Origin: Azolla caroliniana
Taxonomy: Eukaryota > Plantae > Polypodiophyta
NCBI GenBank assembly: GCA_043228905.1
Contig: JBHGNT010000008.1
Location: 8,370,001 to 8,434,000, forward strand
DNA: 64,000 bases
Reading direction: 5' to 3'
The translations under genes and the position numbers were made by a program. This document shows positions 22,917 to 34,903 of this stretch, in pieces. Under the pieces are notes generated by a model. It saw only the letters and a list, made by a program, of their open reading frames with translations, searched no databases and had not been told where the DNA came from. Within the stretch, counting starts at the first letter, position 1. The number at the start of each line of letters is the position of its first letter.

Positions 22917-25900
22917 ATGGCAGCCATGATCGCAGCAAAGCTCTCTTCCCTCTCTGCTACCGCTCCCCTCAGTGAACGCAGACGTTTGCCCCCCTCTGAG
23001 AAGGCCCTCTCCTCCTCCTCCTCCTTCTCCTCCTCCTTCCCTCAGCCTAAGATATCCAAGAGCAACGCACCCCTCTCGAGGAAGCATTGTGCTGTCTCCA
23101 CCAGAGCTATGGCGAAAGAGCTTCACTTCAACAAAGATGGTGCCACCATGAAGAGGCTCCAGGTCCTTATAAATTCTGTCGTTCTTTCTTTCTCTTTCAA
23201 TGACAGGCTGTGTCAATCCGCAAGAATGGGCCTTTTTGTTTCTTGCTTCCATCCCGTTTTAAAAAATCGAGGTTTCTTTCTGCTTTCTTTCACGCCCAAG
23301 CACGAATAGTTCTCTTTCCTTCTCCTTTCCGAGTGACAGAAAATCGGATAAGAATTGCAACGTGTTTTGTTTTTCTGTCTACATCAAAGTGATGAACACG
23401 TTCCTGTTTCGTATCGTGATGAGATATCAAGTTTTTGTTGTCTATTTTTTCTACAGGCTGGAGTGGACAAACTTTCAGATCTTGTCGGTGTTACCTTAGG
23501 TCCTAAGGGGAGAAATGTTGTTCTTGAAAGCAAGTACGGAGCTCCAAAGATCGTTAATGATGGAGTTACGGTAGCTAAAGAGGTTCGTTCGCTCTTTGTT
23601 CTGATTGTTTTCCATTTTCTTCTTTGTATGGAATTTGATGCAGTTCTTCAATTTCGTGCTCCAGTTTGAGTAGGACTATAATTTATATTTGATAAGTGCC
23701 ATAGCTTGAGCTGGAGGGTATTGGTGGAAACATTTATTTTGCTTCCAAAGTGTGTAATTCATTTGAGTTAAAATATTAGCCTGTCTCGATAATTATCTTC
23801 ATTGTGTTGTCATATGTTCAGTTAGGAGATAACTTCTTTCAGTAATTTTATTAATTCCAGTCCATAAGTTTGAGTTACAAGGTAACATCTTTTGATCATT
23901 TCCTTCAGCTTTGTGTGAAGATTGAGGTTGAAGATTATAGTTTTAGTAATTTTCTTATTTTTGTGCCTACGATTGTAGCATTCTATGAGATAGAAGATGC
24001 CTTTTTAAATAAACTATTTGATTTGAGGTGAAAGTTCCTGTTGAAAATGGTGTCTGATCATTTGTGTCATTTTTGGAATACATCTTGAGGTGGAACCTCC
24101 AGGTCATGTTGTAAACCCTTTTTAGTGATTTGTCTCGTTATTTTAATATATGCTGATCTGGTATTCTCAACAACTGTTTTCGTTCATAGTTTTCCTCTCT
24201 CATTTGCTATAGGTGGAGCTGGAAGATCCTGTTGAAAACATTGGTGCAAAGCTGGTGAGGCAAGCTGCAGCCAAAACAAATGATTTGGCTGGTGATGGTA
24301 CAACCACTTCTGTTGTATTAGCTCAAGGACTTATTGCTGAAGGTGTGAAGGTACTATTCCATCCGAGATGATACTTCTTTATTTTTGAATTCATGCTGAA
24401 AGAGTAACATTGTAGGTGATGAGGAACTGCTAGAAAGTGGTAGCATTCATGCAATAGTTCGAGCGCTTGGAAAATGTTGAATAGTCAGACATGCTGATGA
24501 ATCCGTGATTACTTATTGGTGCAGGTTATTGCTGCTGGAGCTAATCCTATCCAGATTACAAGGGGGATTGAGAAGACTGTGAAGGCTCTTGTGGAGGAAT
24601 TGAAAAAAATGTCCAAAGATGTAAGCTTCTTGCTAAAGCTGGTTTAGTGTTGCCCTTCCATTTTGCTATCAGAGATGAATACGTGAACTGTTTCTGGCCT
24701 TCTGTGGCATAGGTTGAGGACAGTGAACTAGCTGATGTGGCTGCTGTTAGCGCTGGAAACAATTATGAAGTTGGTAACATGATCGCTGAGGCTATGAGCA
24801 AAGTTGGACGGAAAGGAGTTGTTACCCTTGAGGAAGGGAGAAGTGCAGAGAATAGTCTCACTGTTGTGGAAGGAATGCAATTTGATCGTGGTTATATCTC
24901 TCCCTATTTTGTGACTGACACTGAGAAGATGATAATCGAGTATGCAAATTGCAAAGTCAGTAAGAAATAGCTTGGCAATAATTTTTTGGAGTGCACCATC
25001 AATGGAATTTGTGATTAAGACCTTTATCACTTGTATTTTCAGCTCTTCCTTGTTGACAAAAAGATTACTACAGCCAGAGATATCATCGGGATTTTGGAAG
25101 ATGCTATTCGTGGTGGATATCCCCTCTTGATCATTGCTGAAGATATTGAGCAGGAAGCACTTGCCACCCTTGTTGTAAATAAACTGAGGGGTAGCCTGAA
25201 AATTGCTGCATTAAAAGCACCTGGATTCGGAGAAAGGAAAAGCCAGTATTTGGATGACATTGCCATATTGACTGGAGGTAAGCAGTCATACATAGTTGCT
25301 GTGTTGGTGTTCTCACGTACAATGGGTGTGCTGTATTGTCGATATTCCTACTGTGGCCTAAACATGAGGTGTTAAATATGTTAGGAACCGTGATCAGAGA
25401 TGAGGTAGGACTCTCTTTGGATAAGGTTGGGAGGGAAGTTCTGGGAACTGCAGCGAAAGTAGTGCTTACGAAAGATGCAACAACCATTGTAGGCGATGGT
25501 AGTACTCAAGTAGAAGTTACTAAACGTGTGGCTCAGATCAAGAGTTTGATAGAAGTAAGCTTATAAGTGAACTGATAAACTTTGAATTTAGATTTTTGAA
25601 AATAGATAAATGTTGTGTTCTGTATTTGTTATTTATTTCTTAATATTTGGAGAATGCAGGTTGCGGAGCAAGAGTATGAGAAGGAAAAGCTTAACGAAAG
25701 AATTGCTAAGCTGTCAGGAGGAGTTGCAATACTTCAGGTGATATAAGAATCTTAGGAAGTTGATCAGATTGTACACTGCTTTATGTGGGTACATTTAATT
25801 TTTGTTTAATAAGCCAAATTTGTATGTTTATTGCTATATCTTGCCATCCATTGTTGAATGCTTCATGTGGATGATGCTTGACAAACCTATCCATTGTCAT

Positions 25901-27034
25901 GACAGGTTGGTGCCCAAACTGAGACAGAATTGAAGGAGAAGAAGCTCAGAGTTGAGGATGCTTTGAATGCCACGAAGGTGTGTTGAATTTACCTTTGGAA
26001 TATGTAATCTGCGTTGACCATGCCTTTTCTCTGTGATGGTATTTCCTCTTTGGACTGATCCTGTATAATATAAACCCAAATTTAATACCTGATATGCATA
26101 CAGGCTGCTGTTGAGGAGGGTATTGTTGTAGGAGGAGGATCTGCATTACTAAGATTAGCTTCAAAGGTTGACGCAATTAAGGAAACTCTTGATAACTATG
26201 AGCAACAGGTGTGAGTTATTTTTAAATTAGTAGCTTAAATTGTGTTTAGAGAGTGCTATGCTGAGTACATAATATTGATGCAGGTTGGAGCTGATATTGT
26301 GAAGAGGGCCCTGAGTTACCCATTGAAGCTTATTGCGAAGAATGCTGGTGTAAATGGCAGTGTGGTAGTTGAGAAGGTTCTTTCAAATGACAATCCTAAG
26401 TATGGTTATAATGCTGCTACTGGAAAATATGAAGACCTTGTGGCCGCTGGGATCATTGACCCAACAAAGGTACTTGTCAAAACATAATGGTATTATTTGT
26501 ACACATAGTGTTGGGTTTTAACTGTAACTGTACTTGGCCATTAGCCCTATTCGATGGTTAGAGATAGGCGTAGGGAAATGTTCCATGTGATATGCATCAG
26601 TATTTTTAAAGCCATATAAACATGAACCTGAAAAGTGGTGTGCACATCATAGTTATTATTTAAGTTGAAGATCTATTTATTGCATCGACAGGTTTGAGAG
26701 TATAAGCTAGAACTGAAGTTTCATAGTATATTATATGGCAGCTTCTTGTGTTAAAATTGTGTATGCTATTCTTTTCATTCAGGTTGTTAGGTGCTGCTTG
26801 GAGCATGCTGCATCTGTGGCAAAAACATTCCTGACATGTGATGTCGTGGTGGTTGAAATCAAAGAACCTGAAGCAGCTGCTCCTGCTGGTAACCCAATGG
26901 ATAACTCTGGTAAGTAATAGAGTTGTTTGTCCAAAAGTGCAATCATTACTTTTGTATATTTGCTGAAATTGAATGAATGTATGATCTGTAAATGTTGACA
27001 TGTGACTAATGCTTTTGCAGGCTATGGTTACTAA
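22917..27034 (+). CDS. CPN60B: Chloroplast chaperonin 60 subunit beta, ~13 exons
   Basis: Transit peptide then [53 protein letters not shown]. Beta-type C-terminus PMDNSG|YGY* (last exon 27021-27034). GT-AG introns. Confidence 0.96.
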
Positions 27035-29344
27035 ACATGAATTGATAGAATAGGAAAACTTGCCCAATCAGTGGAACCAGATTTATTGCATTAACCTCTG
27101 GATGTGAGTTTTGTAGCCCTACCATTTCTAGCTTGCGGAATTTGATCTATGACTTTTTAAAATTGAGAAGAGAAGAAACCCATTTGGATGAAAAATGACT
27201 TCAAGAATTCTTTCTTATTATATATGCTGTAATTCCCATTTATGATATTGTGGTGTCCCTCACAATATTGATAAAGGCGGTGTAACAATGCCTTGAGTTC
27301 TTAGCACTGTAGCAATTCTCATAGTTTTGTAATGTTAAAGACATGGCAAAATCTTCTGCTCATCATCATATGCAAAAATGTGCTTGCTTATTGTGTGTTC
27401 TCAGTCAGTGAATATGTGAATTGACATTGGTTCAAAGGGACTTATAATTTATTGAAATTTAGAGGGGAGAAACTAATTGATAGACCCAAGACATACATAC
27501 TATAGTCACAGAGACTTGACGATAGTAGTCATAGTATGCTAGGCTTGATAATCGTTAAATTTGATTATTTCAGAATTTTTTTATGTTTTAGGAAATTGAT
27601 AAATTGCTACCTTAAATACCTTATACCAACTACTTGGAATTGGTGTAGTGGATCTCAATCCATGATGTCCTTAATAAATTGTAGTACAGGAACTTAGCTC
27701 CTTGTGAGGATCCATGAGTCTACTTCTTGTGAGAAGCATTGGATCTATGAATATATTCGAAAGGAAATTGGAATCATCAAAATTGCTATTGGGGAAACGG
27801 AAGTACTTGAAAGAAAAATGGTTGAAAAATGTCATCCTTAGGATAGAGTATTCTACAAAGTGTCAATTCATTCAATAGATTGATTAAATTAATAACTTGG
27901 CAAAATCGATAGATTGACTAAATCAATAACTTGGCAAAATTGATGATCATTGTTTTGAAATGATAAGCCTTTGAAATCAACGAGATGTTTGAAAATGATG
28001 GACTATGGTGCCGGAATTGTTGAGTTGCCATTTGTCAGGTGATTGCTAGGCCTTTTTCAAAACTATGTTCCGTGCTATAGGGTTTCAGCCTTCTTTGCCA
28101 ACTGCTAGGCTCAAGTTTCAACATCGATCCTCTAGGTTTCACCCACTTTGTCCACCTTGCACTTACCTTTACCTTGTACACATACCCCGTCATTCCTAAA
28201 CTACCCCCCAACCTAGTTCCTCAAAAGAAAATAAGATAATTATATTCTTAAAATGCCCTTCTTGCTTTCCTCCTTACGGTCTACATGTGTTCCCTAAAGT
28301 TATACCTTGCGATTCACATTCCTTAAACGCTTAAAATTCCTGAAATCCATACTTTCCAAAGTCCTTACCCTTTAAACTTTTAAGTCACAAAATATAAACA
28401 CTTAAATAATTTCACATTCACACACTTATAATTACACAAACACTTCCACATTCACACACACACACATAATTACACATTAATTTAATGTATATTAGCACAA
28501 GAAAATTCTCATATACAAACATGCACAATTACATTCTATATGATCATCAATCAATCCTGTTTACCTATAAACACACGTACACAAAGGCTTTACATTCACA
28601 AGCGTAACTAAGTGCTGTCACCCCAATAAATGAATTTTCTAAGAGTGTGTTCATGTGCTAGCTTGTTGACTTCAATAGGGATTATGAATGCTACATTATG
28701 TGAACCAATCTTACATGGTTCAAAGACCTTGGTGCTTTTGCTCCCATTTTCACCTACACATGTGAATATCCGCAACAACGTCACCCTTTGAGATTGTCTT
28801 TCCTCTACTACCAACTTAGCCCCCTGGTAATGTCCCTTTAGTCTAATTGCCTTTGGTCTCTATGCTCATTGTGTTGTAATCATTGTTTTGCCATTGACCA
28901 CAACAACATCCCTTTAGCCCTTCCATGCATCCCGAATGAGATATGACCATGCCTTGAAGGTCGATGACCAAAGCATGTTGTATCTATGATCCCAAGTACT
29001 GTGACGAAGATGATGTCAAGGTGTAGCTTATACCCTTTCCAATGACTTGACAAGTGAAGTGTCCCAACACCCTTTGTCTCATGAACACAAATGTCACTTA
29101 GATTGCCGAATTCAGTTAATTGCTAAATGGCATGGCCATCAATTGGTGCGATCACTATCCGCCTAACCATTTTTAAACCTTCAATTGAGTGCAATATGAC
29201 TTCATGTACATGGTCTTGTGACACATCTCTTTGAAGGAGACACACTCTTCTAGGCAACATAGTCAAGAGATCCAATCAAGTGTTGTTCGAATTTGTAATC
29301 TCAATTCTAGCAACGACTCTAGAAGCTACCTTTATGATTGCATG

Positions 29345-29410
29345 CCATCCCATCCATCCATCACATCCATCACATACATACATACATACATACATACATA
29401 CATACATACA

Positions 29411-29441
<31 letters not shown>

Positions 29442-29512
29442 GTACATGCATGCATATACACACGAACACCTACATACCATATACACACAAACACCTACAC
29501 ACACACACACAC
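29345..29512. repeat. (CATC)n(CATA)n(CA)n compound microsatellite
   Basis: Directly visible tandem tetra- and dinucleotide runs. Confidence 0.95.
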
Positions 29513-29594
29513 CGACGTGTCTATTAGCTACCAAATCATAAATAGGGTTGGAGAGGGAATCGGGGCCACAGACATTGTAGGTCGCTCAACTGAT

Positions 29595-32092
29595 TGTTGG
29601 CATAAAAGGTTGACTCCTTCCAATTTGTATCCTTGGTGTGAACACGTTCCCTAGTTAGGGCTTGAGTATATAAGCCCAACTATAACATTGTAAAGAGATA
29701 GAGTTTTTCTGAAGAGAATAATACAAGTCTCCATTAGAGCTTCAATTGAGCTTCTTGTTTATCTTGCCTATCTTGGTTACCTAGATCTTTCTGTGTTGTT
29801 TGTTGTACACATCTTATTGCAAGTCCTCATCATCCATTGTCCACCATAATATCTTCAACATTTGGTATCAGAGCGACCTTCTTGTCCAACGACAATGAAC
29901 AACAGAAAGCTAAAGAAAAGAAACGGACCAGTTGAAAGAAAAAGACCGAGCCAACAACATCTACTCCCAAAAAAATGACGCCATAGTTCGGCACTAGTGT
30001 GGAAATCTGAAAGTTCGACGGAAAGAACTTCACCTTGTGGAAGGAAATGATGCAAGATGTGTTGATAATCTGACAACAAATAGAAGCCATGCAACATAGT
30101 GCTCGACATGCTTCAATGTCAATCGAGGAGTGGAGATCCTTGGACGAAATCGCCAAATCCAATAAACTTGACTGAAAATGTTGATTTCAGCATGGCGAAG
30201 GAGACATCGACATTCTGCTGGTCGATATAAAGAAAGGAGAACGGTCGGCGATTCGATTGGACACAAGGACAATCTGATTCAAATTGTTTTCCTACTGAAA
30301 ACCAAGTCAATGTTGTCGAATCCCGGTCCGGAGAAGTTCTCCTTGGAAGACTCCTCGACCGGTGAAGTTCTATATAGTGTGCATGACGCACAAACGTGGT
30401 TGCTAGACTCCGGCACCACTTTTCACGTAACCCCCGATATCAAATGGTTTTCAAACTATTTAGATGGAACTGACAGCATAGTCCGACTCGGCAACGGGCA
30501 AGAGTGCCAAATCGAAGGGATTGGACAAGTTCCCATTTAATTACCAAACGACAATTCAATTACCCTGCATCTAGTCCAACACTCAATTACCCTACATCTA
30601 GTCTCCATTCTCCATTAGCATGCTAGCCGAATCCGGGTATCGGATGACTCTAATTGAGCCGTCATGGGTGATCAGCCGAGGGAACATGTAAGTCAGCTCC
30701 GGATACAAGTACAACAACTTGTACTCGATGATGGTGATTGGTCCAGAAGAGGCCGTGAATGTAGCCGATTCGTTAGAATCAAACTGATGTCATGGCCGAC
30801 TGTGCCATATGTCACAAGCCGGACTAGACCAGATGATGGGGATTGGCTACATCCTGAAACTCCAAACAAAGATGGACTTTTGCGAACATTGCCGTTAGGG
30901 GAAACAAACTCGAAGTCCACACTCTCTCAAGTACGAGACGATACAACGACCTCTAGAGCTGGTTCACACCGACATCTACGGGCTGATGCCTGAGAAATCT
31001 CTGGGCCTACTTGATTAGGTGAAAGACAAAGCGCTCAACGTCTTAACTCAGTGGTTAGCTGAAGTGGAGAACCGACCAAAACATATAGTGAAGACAATCC
31101 GGTCTAACAATGGAGGTGAGTACACCTCCCAAGCCTTCAATCAATACCTCTTCGACAAAGGAATCGAGCATCAGAAAACTCCCTCGCAGAATGGTGTGGC
31201 AGAATGAATGAATCGGAAAATTCAAGAGAGGGTGACGGCAATGTTCCAGCAATCCGGACTAAATATGGAATTCTGGGCCGAAGCATTGTAGAAGGCAGTC
31301 TATCTAATAAATTTGTCGTTGTCGAGAGCAATACATCTCGAAGTGCCACAAGCACTATGGTCTGGCAAAAAGCCGACCTACGATAGGCTCCATACATTCA
31401 GATGCGAATCTGTAAAGAATCGATGGTGATTCTTGTGTAGCAGAAGAGATGTGTGTTATGTGTATGTGTGAGAGGAATTAGAGGAGAGATGAGAGAACAC
31501 AAGATAGATAGAAAAAGGAATACTCAAGAAGAAGGTGTATATTTCACAAGTAGAATAAGAATTACAAAATGTAGCATAATAAGGAGTCACAACCAACTTA
31601 GTATGAAGTATGAGGAGGGTGCTTTATATATAAAGTCACCCTCTCTCTTCATTAACTTACAACAACCACTCTCTCTCTTGGGGAATGTGAAGACTCATAG
31701 TCATGGGGAATATGTAAGTCATTAGTTATGTGTCACGGATGCACAACTTACTTTCAGACTTAATACCTCAGCCAAAGTCGAAGGCTACACTGATTTCGAC
31801 TACGCTGGAAACACAGATAATCGGAAATCGACATCAAGCTACATCTTCACCTATGGTGGCGGTGCAATATCATGGAGGTGAAAACTTTAGGAGTGCACGA
31901 CTTTGTCTACCACAGAAGCTAAGTACATAACAGCGTCAAAAGCAGTGAAGGAAGCGATCTGGCTGCACCGATTGTCTACCGATTTCGGAATTGCAAACCG
32001 AATAGATCGACCAGCGCCAACCATCTATTGCGACTCACAGAGCTCGATACACCTCATCAACAATCTCGTCTACCATGCGAAGACGAAGCACA
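29595..32092 (+). mobile_element. Degenerate Ty1/copia E, 5' part
   Basis: 5' LTR 29595-29860 (TGTTGG...TCAACA). PBS TGGTATCAGAGC 29863-29874. Decayed gag (KFDGKNFTLWK), WLLDSG protease, integrase (IRSNNGGEY) and RNaseH remnant 31734-32092. Confidence 0.85.
31411..31735 (-). mobile_element. Truncated LTR of the copia A family
   Basis: Begins tgtaaagaatcg, contains gagggtgcttta and agtcaccctctc. Breaks at ttatgtgtca and fuses directly into copia E RNaseH. Confidence 0.8.
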
Positions 32093-34903
32093 TGTTAGGT
32101 TTTTCCTGTTCACATTAATAAGTAAATAAAATGGGCCTTAAACGCCCAAAACTTGTATTTTTAAAAATAGTGTGAAAGGGGTTCACACAAGAAGACGTTA
32201 CATATCTACACTATGTAACACATTCTTTTTGAGTGTGTTAAAAAGGGAAAAACGAGCATTGAAACAGATTTCAGAGAGCACATACTCTCTTTCTTAGCTA
32301 ATTCCTTAAATCTTTCTAAAGTACACCAACACACTCAGACATCCGAACATCGCCGCCTCCGTCATCAGCCACGTGTTGTGAGTTTTGGTGGTTTTTTTTG
32401 CGTTCCTTTTTGTTGAGTTTTTATTTGTTGAGGGAACATCATATTCCTCGATTGCTCATAGTACTCTAACTTGTTCATAGTAGAACTTTGGTGTATCAAT
32501 TTTATATTGATAGTGAATTAGTTCTGGACTAGGTCCTGTGGTTTTTACCTCTTTGAGGGTTTTCCATGTTAAAAATATGTGGTGTATTGTGTATTGATTT
32601 GTTGTGTATCTTTCTTTTTTTCTCTTTAAATCTTGCACAACATATTTCCTGTTTTACATAAGTGTTTAAGTGCTACTAAGTTTCGGAACAAGTGGTATCA
32701 GAGCCAAGTTGAGCACTTCTTATGGAGGCAAATTTTTCCACAATGGTTTGCTTGAATGGCACCAACTACCAGAAATGGAAAGGTAAGATGAAAGACCTTC
32801 TTTTTGTGAAAAATCTACACTTACCCGTTTTTGCAAATGCTAAACCGGAGAGCAAAACTGCCGAGGAATGACTTTTCGAGAATCAACAGGTATGTGGTTT
32901 TATTCGACAATGGGTGGGAGACAATGTTTTAAACCATATTGTGAATGAAACTAATGCTAAAGCTCTATGGAATAAACTCGAAACGTTGTATGCATCAAAG
33001 ACAGGTAACAATAAGTTATTCTTGCTTAAACAAGCAATGCATTTAGTGTATAAAGAAGGTAGTTCCATTTTAGATCATCTAAATGAATGTCAAGGATTTT
33101 TCGACCAACTTTTTGGTATGGGAGTGAAATTTGATGATGAGATTAATGCATTATTCATGGGAAACTTTTAGGGTATCTCTAACTAATGCAACCCCAAATG
33201 GAATTGTAACTATGAAATATGTCAAGAGCGGTGCTCTAAACGAGGAGATGAGACGAAGGACACAAGGGACATCGTCACATTCGGAGGTCTTGATGGTTGA
33301 GAGAGGGAGGAGTAAGCATACAAGCCAAGGTCAAAACAACCGAGGGAGGAGTAGAAGTAAATCAAAACCAAGGTATAAAAATCTAGAATGTCATTTTTGT
33401 GGTAAAACAGGACACACAAAGAGGTATTGTTACAAGTGGAAAAAGGAGAACCACACATCTAGCGGTAAACATGAAAACAAAGGTAACGATGAAAATTCTA
33501 ATCGTGTTAATACAACCTCATCAGATGATTTACTTGTTGTTTATGATGAAAATGTGATTAATCTTGCTCACAATGAAACTAATTGGGTTGCTGATAGTGG
33601 AGCATCGTTCCATGTCACATCTAGAAGGGAGTTTTTTACTTCTTATACTTGAGGGGATTTTGGAGTTGTGAAGATGGGCAATGATGGTCTTTCAAAGGTG
33701 GTAGGCATCAAGACTATTTGTTTGGAAACCAACACAGGTTCAAAGTTGATTCTCAAGGAGGTAAGACATGTACCCGACATTCGCTTACATCTTATCTCAA
33801 CCGGCAGATTAGATGATGATGGCTATTGCAACATCTTCAATGAGGGACAATGGAAACTCACTAAGGGCTCATTGGTTGTAGCTCGTGGTAAGAAATGCTC
33901 TAGTTTGTATTTATTACAAGCATCTATTTCTACTAATCTTGTGAATTTAGCTAAAAGCAACAATATGTCAGAGCTATGGCATAAAAGGTTATCTCATATT
34001 AGTGAGAAGGGGCTTGATTGTTTAGCAAAGAAAAACTTGCTTTTGGGTCTAAAAGATGCCAAGTTAGACATGTGCAATCATTGTTTGGTAGGAAAGCAAA
34101 GAAGAGTTGCGTTCAAACAACATTCTTCTTCAAGAAAGGAAGAGGTACTTGAGTTGGTACATTCAGATGTTTGTGGTCCTTTAAAGGAAAAATCAATAGG
34201 TGGTGCACTCTACTTTGTTACTTTTATTGATGGCTATGCTAGGAAACTTTGGATTTGAACATTGAAAACTAAGGACCAAGTATTTAATGTGTTCAAAGAA
34301 TTTCATGCTTCTGTAGAAAGAGAGACATGAAAAAAGCTGAAATGCATTTGCACCGACAATGGTGGGGAATACCTTGGAGCTTTCGATGCATACTGTCGAG
34401 AACACGGGATTAAGCATCAAAGGACACCACCAAAAACCCCACAACTAAACGGCTTGGCGGAAAGGATGAATAGGACTCTAGTTGAAAGAGTTCGATGTTT
34501 TCTCTCGGATGCGAAGTTATCCAAATCCTTTTGGGGTGAGGCTTTGAGTACCGTTGCATATGTTATTAACCTATCTCCTACTGTTGCATGGCAGGGCGAC
34601 GTTCCTAATAGAGTTTGGTATGGTAAGAATGTTTCATATTGTGAAATGCTCTCAAGAATAGCCCCCTTTTCATTATGTCTCAAGTTACATTTTATAGACA
34701 CTCTCTTAGCGTGGAGGGTGTTCTCCCGCTCCAATTAGCTCTACTAATAATGGGGCTTGGTGGGGGTCTAGTTTGGGTGTGGTGCATGAGGCTTGGTAGG
34801 GGCCTAATTTGGGTGTGGTCTATGTGTGGTGCATGGGGCTTGGTAGGGGCCTAATCTAGGTGTGGTCCATGTGACCACCACAATTCCCCCTTGTAAAAAA
34901 AAG

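Noticed and set aside
22917-27034. Bacterial groEL, fabD or rraA contamination or HGT
   Set aside because: CPN60B and MCAT have spliceosomal introns and transit peptides, and RraA-like genes are standard in plants.
27870-27945. ~34-bp tandem duplication (atagattga.taaat.aataacttggcaaaat)
   Set aside because: Simple local duplication with no further structure.
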